This document shows, piece after piece, positions 17,833-27,522 of a stretch of DNA of 51,073 bases (positions are counted from its first letter, which is position 1; every line of letters starts with the position of its first letter). Under the pieces are notes generated by a model, which did not search any database, was not told the DNA's origin, and saw nothing but the letters and a program-made list of their open reading frames with translations. The DNA is from a virus (taxonomy: Duplodnaviria; Caudoviricetes), in the IMG/VR virus record IMGVR_UViG_3300037293_000449, positions 1-51,073 of that record. One strand, given 5' to 3'. The translations under genes and the position numbers were made by a program.

Positions 17833-18046
17833 TCCTTTGATGTGAGACAACTTTATACCATAACTATAATGGCTCTTCAATATCACGAGCCAAGACTTGT
17901 GCGGTTTCGCTCACCATTAACAGCGATGACTATTAGTTGGAGTTAGTATGCTGCGGGGATACCGTTAAATACTTATTGCTCCATGTCAAGCTCATTGGAT
18001 ACAATAAAATACATTATAAGAAGAAAGCAAAAGCCTCAGGTTCACC

Positions 18047-18385
18047 ATGCAGACAATCACTGTCCGAAAACTCACACCTGAAACCGAAGAAATCTGCGCA
18101 ATTCGACTTGTTGGTGGTTTCGACTCTGAGAGAAAACACTATCCAGCCCTCGACCTGCTTAGGCTTGAGAACAAAAATCAGCTTGAGTTAATTGCGGACT
18201 ATGCCGAAGTCGGGTGTGCACTGTCTCTCAGGACTATTGAGAATTTCATTATTGGCGAGCTGGTACGTGCTGATGATCTTGTGTTTGATGGTGTCAGGTA
18301 TGTTTTCAACGTACAGAGTTTTTCTGAGCCAAGCAGTCTGGAGTACCTAGTCTGGGAAGTCTTGGCGCAGATCATCGAAGAATAA
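18047..18385 (+). CDS. Hypothetical acidic protein
   Basis: 112-aa ORF; promoter-like TTGCTC-18-TACAAT at 17976..18005. Confidence 0.65.
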   Translation: MQTITVRKLTPETEEICAIRLVGGFDSERKHYPALDLLRLENKNQLELIADYAEVGCALSLRTIENFIIGELVRADDLVFDGVRYVFNVQSFSEPSSLEYLVWEVLAQIIEE

Positions 18386-18401
18386 TAATAAGAGGAGAAC
18401 G

Positions 18402-18737
18402 ATGATGACCAAATTTGTAGAACAGTTCGACATGTTCATGAGAGCACACGAAGCATTTAGGGCCGGGCGGAATGCCGAGGGCCTGAGCGCGACACTGTTC
18501 CTGCTGGCAAACGGGATCGTGCGACCGAACGCCAGGGAACTATATGAGTTGTGGGAGTCGTCGGTTTATGGTGGCAATGGCTCAGATGAACTGTTTCTCA
18601 CGATTCTCGACCTTGAATTGATTCCCGACATTCTCAAAGATGCTAAAGCTGGTAGCTTCGACATTCTCAGCGAGTTCGTCGAAAGAGTTCAGAGTCTCGA
18701 TCAAGATACGAAATATGCGATTCTGAAAGCTGTTTAA
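18402..18737 (+). CDS. Hypothetical protein
   Basis: 111-aa ORF with strong GAGGAG RBS. Confidence 0.65.
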   Translation: MMTKFVEQFDMFMRAHEAFRAGRNAEGLSATLFLLANGIVRPNARELYELWESSVYGGNGSDELFLTILDLELIPDILKDAKAGSFDILSEFVERVQSLDQDTKYAILKAV

Positions 18738-18839
18738 GATAGTCAAGGATTATTTTGCACTAAATCCCCCAGGCCATTTTTTATGATATTATGTGTTCAC
18801 AACATATAAAAACAATAAATGATCCTTGGGGGATTAAGA

Positions 18840-19637
18840 ATGTTGAAGCAGCACAATGGTCTCGTTGTTTTCAAAGCTTACGGCGAAGAAGATAGCGGAA
18901 CACAAGAGCCAGGGGCTCAAGTACCAATCACCGAAACTCCAGAATTCCAAGAAACCCTCAAAGCCGAGATTGCTAAAGCCCTGGCTGCTGAAACTGGTGG
19001 TTTGAAGTCAAAGAATTCTGAGCTCAAATCCGAGCGAGATAAGTTCAAGGCGCAAGCTGATGCCTTCGTTGCTCAAGCGCAAGAGCTGGAGGATCAAGAA
19101 GCACTAAAATCCGGCAAGATGGACTGGCAGGCGCTGATGGATAAGCGTATGAATGCCAATAACCAAACTTGGCAAGAACGCCTTCAGGCTGAACAGTCCG
19201 AAAAGGATGAGCTTAGGAAAGAGATTGATGTCGAGAAAGGCAAGTTGAAGCAATTTCAAATTAAGCAACTCGTCGGAAATGCTGCACTTCAGAACCAGTT
19301 CCTAGCACCAACCGCTGTGAAAGATGTACTGAAGCTGGCTCCAGATATCTGGGATCTTGCAGACTCCGGAGAGCTCGTTGCAAGAGATCAGCACGGCAAT
19401 GTGATACTCGGAAAAACAGGACGTGCACTGACCCCCAAGGAATGGATTTCCAGCCTTGAAGAGGAATACCCTCACTACTTCCCTGAATTAAAGGGTAGTG
19501 GTGCCAAGCAAGGGTCTGGTGGTAATGCACAAACTATGACTCGCCAGGAATGGCAGCAGAAATTGATGCTGGGCACCGCCCAAGAACAATCAGATCTGTT
19601 CACCAAAAGATCTAAGGGCGAAATCGTAGTGAGCTAA
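18840..19637 (+). CDS. Capsid scaffolding protein
   Basis: Coiled coil GLKSKNSEL..., C-terminal PHYF...GSGA; directly upstream of the coat gene. Confidence 0.75.
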   Translation: MLKQHNGLVVFKAYGEEDSGTQEPGAQVPITETPEFQETLKAEIAKALAAETGGLKSKNSELKSERDKFKAQADAFVAQAQELEDQEALKSGKMDWQALMDKRMNANNQTWQERLQAEQSEKDELRKEIDVEKGKLKQFQIKQLVGNAALQNQFLAPTAVKDVLKLAPDIWDLADSGELVARDQHGNVILGKTGRALTPKEWISSLEEEYPHYFPELKGSGAKQGSGGNAQTMTRQEWQQKLMLGTAQEQSDLFTKRSKGEIVVS

Positions 19638-19801
19638 GGAATACGGATGTGTAGAAGATTTAACTTCTTCTGCATCCATCAAGGTAGTATCTGGGGCTCA
19701 CCCTGAGCTCCAGTTCCCAAGCTGGTCGGGCCAGCGACTGTTTTGCTCTGTGAGCAACAGATACCTCAAAAATACCAATACAACAATAATAATAAATAGG
19801 T

Positions 19802-20971
19802 ATGCAAATGACGCAAAGTAATGCACTCGTTGTTCTTCCAGCTTATGGGAACGATTTCGAAGCACTAATTAACGAAACTATCCTTCCTGTCGCTATGTCA
19901 CGCCTTCGTGGTCAGTTGACTATGCCCGGATTGATTACCGTAAACACGGCGGACGAGTCGAAAAAGGTTGGTGAGTCGATTCGGATCAACAAGCCTGTTG
20001 AGTTCGATGAAGCAGACGAACATGGCGTTGGTGGATCTGTTGCTACAGATCTCGAAGTTGAGAAGGTCGACCTGAAACTGGATCGACATATCTATAAAGA
20101 ATTCAAGATGTCCGACCGAGAATTCACGGGCATGCAGCCTGGTGTTATTCCTGATGCTCTCGGTGCAGCAGTGGACGTCCTGGCCCGAACCATCAACGAA
20201 GCTATCTTCGATCTCGTAAAAGAAGTTCCGTATCACTCTGGCGTTCTTGGGTCGATCAACCCACTAGATAAAAAAGACGTGATCAATGCGCGCAAAACAC
20301 TTCACAACGCCAAAGTGCTGGGAGAGAAGACATTCGTCCTGACCTCCGATGGTGAGGCTGAATTGCTGGGTGTGTTCACAACTGGTAGCGACCAAGTGGC
20401 TGAGAAAGAAGGCGTAATCGGGCGTAGGTTCGGCCTCAACTGCTACAGCGATATCCAGGCACCGTTCCACTTTGCAGGCACAGCTTCTGAAAGCCAGTCC
20501 GCCACCATCTCGACCGCCGCCTCCGTTGGTACGAGTGTACTTGTGATCAAGGGCCTCGATCCTGCTGCGACCTTCGTTAGGGGGGACGTCATCAAGGTAG
20601 CTGGTGTCGAGAGTCCTTTCTCTGTTGCTAAAGACGTTGCTGCAGATGGCACTGGCTCAGCAATCGTGACGATCCACGAAGTTATTAAAACGGATATTCC
20701 TGCAGGTGCTGCTGTCGCTGTAGCGAAAGACCACGGCTTCAATATCGCTTTCTCGAAGTCAGCGTTTGTCATCGCATTCCGTCAGCTTGAAACCCCTGCT
20801 AACGCTCCTGGCGTAACCATGGGATCGATGACAGACCCTGCGACTGGCGTAACCATGCGTCTGCTCAGCTCGTACAACTTCGCTACGGAGTCGACCCACT
20901 GGAAGCTGGAAATCCTGTTCGGATGCAAAGCAGTAGCTCCAGAACGTGCAATCCGCGTCGGCAGTCACTGA
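19802..20971 (+). CDS. Major capsid protein (P22 coat-like)
   Basis: KVGESIRINKP, DVINARKTL, GVIGRRFG, AFSKSAFVIAFRQL, LEILFGCKAVAPE. Confidence 0.88.
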   Translation: MQMTQSNALVVLPAYGNDFEALINETILPVAMSRLRGQLTMPGLITVNTADESKKVGESIRINKPVEFDEADEHGVGGSVATDLEVEKVDLKLDRHIYKEFKMSDREFTGMQPGVIPDALGAAVDVLARTINEAIFDLVKEVPYHSGVLGSINPLDKKDVINARKTLHNAKVLGEKTFVLTSDGEAELLGVFTTGSDQVAEKEGVIGRRFGLNCYSDIQAPFHFAGTASESQSATISTAASVGTSVLVIKGLDPAATFVRGDVIKVAGVESPFSVAKDVAADGTGSAIVTIHEVIKTDIPAGAAVAVAKDHGFNIAFSKSAFVIAFRQLETPANAPGVTMGSMTDPATGVTMRLLSSYNFATESTHWKLEILFGCKAVAPERAIRVGSH

Positions 20972-21005
20972 TACACCGGGCTCGCGAGAGCCCACCCGCA
21001 ACATC

Positions 21006-21040
21006 AAAGCCCTCGTTCGCTTCCCGGCAGCGGGGGCTTT
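21006..21040 (+). terminator. Intrinsic terminator after the capsid gene
   Basis: AAAGCCCTCGTT...AGCGGGGGCTTT hairpin. Confidence 0.6.
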
Positions 21041-21059
21041 CCATTTTCAGGAGCAATAA

Positions 21060-21371
21060 ATGAGCGAAGTAACCGCAACAATCGAACGCAATGGCACTGT
21101 CCTGCCAATTGTCACTCCCGGCGTTTCCAGAGGTAAATCAAGCCTTACCCAAGGCGCTACATTCACTACCCAAGTGATCCAAGGCCAAGCCATCTACGTC
21201 TTCTGCAAATCCCTAATTCATCTCGCTGAAGGCACCTCAGTTACTGAATCCGACGCACCTATCGACGCACGCGGCGGCGTGTATTTGAATGCAAACAAGG
21301 GCAAGCAGATAAGCGTCAGGTTGCTGGCTGGTGAAGATGCCGCGACCGTCTGGATTCATGAAGTGAGATGA
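21060..21371 (+). CDS. Small beta-rich putative virion protein
   Basis: 103 aa, AGGAG RBS, follows the capsid gene. Confidence 0.6.
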   Translation: MSEVTATIERNGTVLPIVTPGVSRGKSSLTQGATFTTQVIQGQAIYVFCKSLIHLAEGTSVTESDAPIDARGGVYLNANKGKQISVRLLAGEDAATVWIHEVR

Positions 21372-21375
21372 GCCG

Positions 21376-23160
21376 ATGAATATTCTGGGTCGGAATCTCC
21401 TGTCTCTCACTGTTTATCACCTGCGCCGCGTCGTGCAGTTCGTGATCGGCTCTCCAGTGATCGATGGCATCGTGGTAAATCCTGATGGGTCGGTTACGGT
21501 CGGTGGTAGCGGCGGCACTCCTGGGCAGACAATCGTCATTACGTTTCCGGATGGGTCGGTTGGCACTGGCGTAGTCGGAAACGGTGGTGGCTGGACAGTG
21601 ACATCGCCTGGTGCTGTGACGCCTGTTCCTGCCGCTCCGGATCTTGTTGTCGATCAGGTTCCGACACCTGACAAACCTGCTACTCCTGAGCCCGGTGAAG
21701 TGAAACCTGGAGAAGGTGGTGGAACTGTCGTCGGCGGTGGCGGTGCTAATACTGGTGATGATGTCGAAGTCACATTGCCAGGTGGTGAAACGGGGTCTGG
21801 AGAGGCTGGGCCTGGCGGTGATTGGGAAGTTGAGTTTCCGGATGTTCCGCTTGATCCGGATCTTGATCCAGGAGATGTCGGTGTCATCACGAATCCGAAG
21901 CCGGGTGAGCCTGTAGTCGAAGATGTGACGCCGAATCCAGATGGAACTGTCACTATTGGGGGTGGTGGAGCGAACCCAGGTGATCAAGTCACTGTGACCT
22001 TCCCTGATGGAAGCTCGGGAACTGGCGTGGCGGACGACAATGGCGATTGGTCGGTTGTATCGCCTGATGCGCAAGATCCTGCAATCAAGCCTGGCGATGT
22101 TGTCGTTGTAGCGAAGCCTGATCCGATGGCGGGCTCGGTATCGGCTCCAGATGCAATCTACGCTGACATTGCAGGCATTGAGTTCGTTGAGGTCGCAGAC
22201 GACGGCAGCTATATCTCCTGGGAACAGTTCATTGAGCAGCTAAAACGGATTACCAGCATCAACACTACAGCGAGCCGCTCAATCACTTTTGGTGGTGCCT
22301 ATGGGCTTCCAAAGCGCATCCTGAAATCCGGAAGCACGTTCATCGCGGCATTCGATGCGCAGTACGTGATCTTCGACAGCGAGAACGAACTGACGCAGGG
22401 AACCGCCAGGATTGTCCAGAAGAACTACATCTCAGACCGGGCTTGCGACGTGTTCAAAACGGAGCACACGGCTTACTACCTACGCAGCGACAATGGCCTC
22501 GACAGGCTCACCAGACTTGACGGCTCGGACACCTCAATTGCTCTCGACATCGCGGGTTCCTTCGGAGATATGAAGCTGCCAACAATGGCGAGCCTAGGTG
22601 ACGAAGACTGGTTGGTGAACACTGACTTCTCCATCTCTTACCTGATCAATCCCGTGACCCTCGCTGTCAGGCCTGGCCCAGTTTTCAGCGACGTAAGCCT
22701 TCTGATCGAGGGATCGGGTGCCGAGGTGGCATCGTCGAATGGGCGTGTGTTCGCAAGCGCAAAACGCACAAACAATCAGAGCTCCGCAGTATTCGAGTTC
22801 ACTGAGTCGGCTCACAGTCTGGTCAGCGAGAATGGTGGAAAGGTCGTTGCCGGGAACACCTACCTTCACGTAATGAGCGGCGCAGACCTGCGAGTGATCA
22901 GCTTGGCCAGCGGCACCCTGCAAGCCGTAACTATCGATAGCGCTCTGTCACATGGTTACTCGCGTGGGGACTTCGCGGTCTTCGTCAATGGCGATGTATC
23001 TCTGACAGTAACCTATGACGCGGGAAAGACATTCTCAAAAGTATTCCCAGTCGACGGCGACTCAAGCCTCAAATGGATTGATGTAGAAGACTCATCTCTG
23101 TTGGTTACGAGAAACTTTCGTGACTTCGACCTACTTGAATATTCACTCGTTGAAGAGTGA
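21376..23160 (+). CDS. Bacterial Ig-like repeat protein (putative virion appendage)
   Basis: Three repeats of PDG-TV-V-G-PG-V-VTFPDG-G-G-GDW-V. Confidence 0.7.
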   Translation: MNILGRNLLSLTVYHLRRVVQFVIGSPVIDGIVVNPDGSVTVGGSGGTPGQTIVITFPDGSVGTGVVGNGGGWTVTSPGAVTPVPAAPDLVVDQVPTPDKPATPEPGEVKPGEGGGTVVGGGGANTGDDVEVTLPGGETGSGEAGPGGDWEVEFPDVPLDPDLDPGDVGVITNPKPGEPVVEDVTPNPDGTVTIGGGGANPGDQVTVTFPDGSSGTGVADDNGDWSVVSPDAQDPAIKPGDVVVVAKPDPMAGSVSAPDAIYADIAGIEFVEVADDGSYISWEQFIEQLKRITSINTTASRSITFGGAYGLPKRILKSGSTFIAAFDAQYVIFDSENELTQGTARIVQKNYISDRACDVFKTEHTAYYLRSDNGLDRLTRLDGSDTSIALDIAGSFGDMKLPTMASLGDEDWLVNTDFSISYLINPVTLAVRPGPVFSDVSLLIEGSGAEVASSNGRVFASAKRTNNQSSAVFEFTESAHSLVSENGGKVVAGNTYLHVMSGADLRVISLASGTLQAVTIDSALSHGYSRGDFAVFVNGDVSLTVTYDAGKTFSKVFPVDGDSSLKWIDVEDSSLLVTRNFRDFDLLEYSLVEE

Positions 23161-23209
23161 TACAATATCCACATAACAAGATTTGCATTCAAAGCAAACA
23201 GGATTTCAA

Positions 23210-24550
23210 ATGACTACTAATAAATATCGTCCTAGTGACTTTACGACTGTCTGGGACGGAAATCTCGATGCGGTTATTCATATTCATCGACCAGGTAACT
23301 CTCAAAAGGCTTCTGCTCGCCAGATTGTGGATGCAGTAGTCGCTGCTATACCGACACCTGAACCAGGTGAAGAAATCCCTGTCTCTGGCATTGAAACTGG
23401 CACAATTGTAATGCTCCCTGAAGGTTCCTACACTGATTACTTTGAGTGTGATGGAAGTATCAAGGAAAGTTCTCTAGCTTCAGTGCTTGCTGGGATCATC
23501 AATGGTGGTGCGCCGAAGTATCAAAGCATCCTGTCCAGCAGCGTTGCTCGAAAGTCACTCACAACTGGTGAGGTTTTGGATGCAGTCTACTTCAAGGGGC
23601 TGCTATTCACAGTTAATAGCGTCACGCCATTTATTACCGCTTACGATTTAAACTTCAACCTGGTTTACTCAAATGCTTCGGCGCTGGGTCATAAGCGTTT
23701 GGTCGTGACTGATAATGCCCTGTATTTTCTAAACAGCAGTTACAACATCTATTGTGTTCAAGTAAGCGGTTCGACGGTCACGGCTGCATACGCTGGTGAA
23801 TCTTCACAATCTACAAATGGTGGATTCAGCGCTGTCAGTGTGTCGGCTGATGAAGATTTGTTCTGCTGGATCTCCCTACGTCGTCTTTACAACCCTAAAA
23901 CGAACACGAAGCGAAACCTTTCGGGCGTTTTCTCCATTGGTGGGCTCGATCAGGGCAGTACGGTAGTGAAGACCGAGGGCGGACGGATCTTCTTCGTGGG
24001 AACGTATGGAGCTTCGGCACCTGGGCTCTATGAGATGTTCCTGGATACCTCCGTTCCGACAGTCACGTCTGCCAAGCTCATCCACTCGATTTACCCGGCA
24101 CCGGATACGATCAAATGCGCCGGTGATTTCGTGTATTTCGGCGTTGCGGGCATGCAGTACAAGCTGAACGCAAGGACGGATCGAGTCACCTCAGTCACAT
24201 CGCCATATTTCGTCAACGCTACCGCTGTCACCCACAGCATCGCATGTCACAACAATTTCCTGTTCGTGAACGGCCTACGGGCTACGTCCAACAATTTTGG
24301 CTATGTCTCTTTCGACTACGGCAACACGTTCTCGAAGCTACCCGCATTCAACTCAAAGCTGGCTGGGATGCTGATTGATCCAGTAGCGCACAAAGCATTG
24401 TACTTCGGCGACTCCGGCACCGTGGGCTCTGCAGACGGCTCAACCGGCAACGTCGAAATCCATCAGCTCACACTGCTCGATAACAACTATTTCAAATTGC
24501 CCCTCGTGGCCGGGGCATGTGAGGGGTACAGGTTTTATGTCAAAAAATAA
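23210..24550 (+). CDS. Tail fibre / receptor-binding-like protein
   Basis: Collar-like TGTIVMLP...FECDGS and C-terminal FKLP motif bracketing a beta-rich domain; followed by a fibre chaperone. Confidence 0.6.
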   Translation: MTTNKYRPSDFTTVWDGNLDAVIHIHRPGNSQKASARQIVDAVVAAIPTPEPGEEIPVSGIETGTIVMLPEGSYTDYFECDGSIKESSLASVLAGIINGGAPKYQSILSSSVARKSLTTGEVLDAVYFKGLLFTVNSVTPFITAYDLNFNLVYSNASALGHKRLVVTDNALYFLNSSYNIYCVQVSGSTVTAAYAGESSQSTNGGFSAVSVSADEDLFCWISLRRLYNPKTNTKRNLSGVFSIGGLDQGSTVVKTEGGRIFFVGTYGASAPGLYEMFLDTSVPTVTSAKLIHSIYPAPDTIKCAGDFVYFGVAGMQYKLNARTDRVTSVTSPYFVNATAVTHSIACHNNFLFVNGLRATSNNFGYVSFDYGNTFSKLPAFNSKLAGMLIDPVAHKALYFGDSGTVGSADGSTGNVEIHQLTLLDNNYFKLPLVAGACEGYRFYVKK

Positions 24551-24923
24551 GCTGCATTACGACGACGCTGGCTACGTCTACGGTTACGGCGAGTTGCCGG
24601 GCACCCAGTTCATCGAGATCGACAATTTTGAAGAGGCCTTGCAGGCTTTCTCCAGCCGTAAATCCCTCCGCATCGCCGATGGCCAGCTGGTGATCGAGGT
24701 CTCTCGCGAAGAGAAGATGAAGGATGTCACAAGGGCGCGTGATGAGCTGCTGGCTGAGTCTGAACTGCTTCGCGTGAGACTGCTCGACAGCGAAGACATC
24801 GCGGGCACCATCGACACGCTGGGTAGGCAGCGACTGGCTATCTACAGGCAGGCATTGCGCGACGTAACTCTGCAAGACCCATTTGCCGTCAGCTGGCCAA
24901 CTTTGGAGACAAACGATGAGTAA
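24537..24923 (+). CDS. Tail fibre assembly chaperone
   Basis: RARDELLAES...YRQALRDVTLQ..F..SWP signature. Confidence 0.8.
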   Translation: MSKNKLHYDDAGYVYGYGELPGTQFIEIDNFEEALQAFSSRKSLRIADGQLVIEVSREEKMKDVTRARDELLAESELLRVRLLDSEDIAGTIDTLGRQRLAIYRQALRDVTLQDPFAVSWPTLETNDE

Positions 24924-25113
24924 AAATAGTGTATGGCTGGAGCTTGATGGGGATCGGGTGTTGGTTGATGCCGGAAGTGTTGCGGAGGATTACTGGCGGG
25001 GATTGGGGTATTGCGAGCCGGGGGCTTCTCTTCCTGACCAGCTTGAGGCTCCTGTTGAGAAGCCTGCTAGGAAAGTGCGTGTCAAAAAGGTTGTGGACGC
25101 CTCAGAGGCCTAA
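24916..25113 (+). CDS. Small hypothetical protein
   Basis: GGAG RBS, ATG overlapping the previous gene end. Confidence 0.5.
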   Translation: MSKNSVWLELDGDRVLVDAGSVAEDYWRGLGYCEPGASLPDQLEAPVEKPARKVRVKKVVDASEA

Positions 25114-25365
25114 GTCTTCCTCAAGTTTCATGCCGCGCATGTATCTTTCGTCAGCGAATAATTCCAAGGCTTTTTGCCGGACTGCTTCAGCAATTTCAAC
25201 TATCGAACGACCATTAGATATTTCTTGTTGCTGCGATTGAGTTGCGAGTTCGATAACGCGGCTGTAGTTATATTCGCCATGTTCTTTTAGGGCCACGTGG
25301 AATGGATTCGCCGGATTGAAATCCTCAAGGAGTTTTTTAACTGCAGATTCCAGCGACATAAACAC
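25102..25365 (-). CDS. Hypothetical protein (opposite-strand moron)
   Basis: 87-aa AT-rich ORF with AAGGT RBS. Confidence 0.5.
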   Translation of the reverse strand: MFMSLESAVKKLLEDFNPANPFHVALKEHGEYNYSRVIELATQSQQQEISNGRSIVEIAEAVRQKALELFADERYMRGMKLEEDLGL

Positions 25366-25425
25366 TACCTTGCTTTAAGTGTTACAATAAATAATAGACT
25401 TACATAATAATAAGAAGAACGTCTA

Positions 25426-25641
25426 ATGTCAATCTATCAAGACGTGGCTATCGAAGCCACAAAATCCGCTCCACCAGTTGCAGTGACCGGCGCGATCATC
25501 ATGGGAATGTCTATGAGCGATTGGGTTACCATACTTACACTTGCGTATCTTGTTCTCCAGATATACTTCTCTGTTTTGAAAAATAGACGAGAGACGAGGG
25601 AGAGTCGGCTGAAAGAGAAGAATGCCGATGACTCTAAGTAA
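25426..25641 (+). CDS. Holin (T7 gp17.5-like)
   Basis: APPVAVTG...GMSMSDWVTILTLAYLVLQI, charged C-terminus, upstream of lysozyme. Confidence 0.85.
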   Translation: MSIYQDVAIEATKSAPPVAVTGAIIMGMSMSDWVTILTLAYLVLQIYFSVLKNRRETRESRLKEKNADDSK

Positions 25642-26095
25642 GCGCTTCCTCGCAGCAAGTATCGCAGCAACACTCAGTATCGCCTCACTGCTAGTTGCTA
25701 AGCACGAAGGCCTAGAAACCACTGCATATAGAGATCCAATCGGCATCCCAACTATTTGCTATGGCCACACGTCTACAGCCCATATTGGACAGACAAAAAC
25801 AATTGTTGAGTGCCAGGAGCTTCTGTCATCTGATCTTTTGGTTGCAATTAGCGATGTTGAAAGCCGGGTGAGAGCTCCACTGACCGTTGAGCGCAGGGCC
25901 GCACTTGTTTCCTTTGTGTTCAACGTAGGTGGCACTAAGTTCGGTAGCTCTACATTGCTCAGGAAATTAAATGCGGGAGACGCTCGCGGTGCTTGCGCCG
26001 AGTTGTCGCGGTGGGTGTATGCCGGAGGTGTAAAGCTCAAAGGGCTTGTTGCTAGACGAGCTGAAGAGCGTGCGTTGTGCGAGGTGGGGCTATGA
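25622..26095 (+). CDS. GH24 endolysin, probably SAR type
   Basis: Hydrophobic N-terminus then HEG..AYRD..GIPTICYGHT, ALVSFVFNVG, GLVARRAEE. Confidence 0.95.
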   Translation: MPMTLSKRFLAASIAATLSIASLLVAKHEGLETTAYRDPIGIPTICYGHTSTAHIGQTKTIVECQELLSSDLLVAISDVESRVRAPLTVERRAALVSFVFNVGGTKFGSSTLLRKLNAGDARGACAELSRWVYAGGVKLKGLVARRAEERALCEVGL

Positions 26096-26547
26096 CAAAG
26101 TACCTCCTGATCGCCTTGTTCGCGGTCGCGGCTGTCCTTGGCGGGGTCGTGCTCAAAGGCAACCGTGACGCCCTGCTGCGTGAACTTGATCGGGCAAACA
26201 CCCAGGTGTCCCAGCTTGAGCAACGGGCACGGCAGGCTACCCAGGCACTTGAGGCCCGCGATGAACTAGATAAGCAACGCTTTAAGGAGATGACTGATGC
26301 GAAGAACCAAATCGACACTTTGCGTGATCAGTTTGCTGCTGGCACTAAGCGCGTGCTCGTCCGTGCAACCTGTCCAGCAGTGCAACCCAGCACCGGCACC
26401 ACCGGTGTGGATGATGCAAGAGAGTCCGCGCTTACAGCCTCTGCTCGACAAGATTATCTACGTCTCAGAGAGCAAATAGTTACGACTGAAGCTCAGCTCG
26501 CAGGGCTCCAGGACTACGTCCGTCAGGTTGTCCAGGGGGTGAAGTGA
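26092..26547 (+). CDS. Rz: i-spanin
   Basis: N-terminal TM, coiled coil, VLVRATCP, ARQDYLRLRE...LQDYVR. Confidence 0.9.
   Translation: MTKYLLIALFAVAAVLGGVVLKGNRDALLRELDRANTQVSQLEQRARQATQALEARDELDKQRFKEMTDAKNQIDTLRDQFAAGTKRVLVRATCPAVQPSTGTTGVDDARESALTASARQDYLRLREQIVTTEAQLAGLQDYVRQVVQGVK
26297..26479 (+). CDS. Rz1: o-spanin lipoprotein embedded in Rz
   Basis: +1 frame inside Rz; lipobox LSAC; Pro-rich CNPAPAPPVWMM. Confidence 0.85.
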   Translation: MRRTKSTLCVISLLLALSACSSVQPVQQCNPAPAPPVWMMQESPRLQPLLDKIIYVSESK

Positions 26548-27500
26548 TGGCTTCCTTGGCGAACAAGACGATCAAGCACCAGATCGCCATGCGCGGCCAG
26601 TTCACACGCATCGCGAAGCAAGCCGCACTGCACCTGCAGACTCTCAAGGTGTCAGTCAAGGCTGAGCTAGACGAAGCTATGACTGCGCGCAACTGGACTG
26701 CCGTTGCTCGACTACGGAAGACGTTCGTGACAATCGACAAGCTCATCGCTGATGAGTACGAGCTGATGTCTGAGACGCTCAAGCAGGAGCTCGGCGACCT
26801 GTTTGTGTACGAGTCGGAATTCAGCAGCAAGCTTTTGGGATTCGATTTCAGCAGCAACATGGTCACTGAAAAGCTGGTTGAGAGCATCGTAAGCAGCGAC
26901 CCGTTTGACGGCAAAATCTTAGGTGAGTGGCTCGACGAGCAGAAGCTTGCGACTCAGATCAAGGTGAAGCAGACGATCAGGTTGGGCGTGCTGAATGGGT
27001 TGTCGACGTCGAAGATCGTGGATGCGTTGTATGCGGAGCCTGGGAATCCATTCGTTGGTGCTCGCAGGAATGCTGAGGTGATGGTTCGTACAGCTTCAGC
27101 GCATGTGACGTCGCAAGCTTCGTTGAAGACTTTTGAGCGTGTTGGTTTCGGCTCGTATCAGCTGAGCGCTGTGCTCGACTCTCGGACGACTCCGGTGTGC
27201 CGTGCCCTGGACGGCAAGATCTATAAGACCTCCGACAAGGGCCGTAAGGTGCCTCCGTTTCATCCGGGGTGCCGCACAGTGATGATAGCTGTTACTGAAA
27301 ATGATCCTGCGTTTACCGATGGGTACGAAGACTGGCTCAGCACGCAGAGTGCCGGCGAGCAGGAAGCGATTCTGGGCCCGGCAAGGTACAGGCTGTGGAA
27401 GTCAGGTCAGCCCCTAGAGAGCTTCGTGGATCTCGATACGCATCATGTCATCCCGCTGGACGAGCTGAGATCAAAAGAAGTTTTTCTAAATCAAGAATGA
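26547..27500 (+). CDS. Minor head protein (SPP1 gp7 / Mu gpF family)
   Basis: AVLDSRTTPVCRALDG, PPFHPGCRT, YEDWL..Q...ILG. Confidence 0.9.
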   Translation: MASLANKTIKHQIAMRGQFTRIAKQAALHLQTLKVSVKAELDEAMTARNWTAVARLRKTFVTIDKLIADEYELMSETLKQELGDLFVYESEFSSKLLGFDFSSNMVTEKLVESIVSSDPFDGKILGEWLDEQKLATQIKVKQTIRLGVLNGLSTSKIVDALYAEPGNPFVGARRNAEVMVRTASAHVTSQASLKTFERVGFGSYQLSAVLDSRTTPVCRALDGKIYKTSDKGRKVPPFHPGCRTVMIAVTENDPAFTDGYEDWLSTQSAGEQEAILGPARYRLWKSGQPLESFVDLDTHHVIPLDELRSKEVFLNQE

Positions 27501-27522
27501 CTCGTATCAACTGCCCGCTGCC

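Noticed and set aside
21316-22074. 252-aa antisense ORF
   Set aside because: Shadow of the Gly/Pro/Val repeat gene; Arg-rich nonsense composition.
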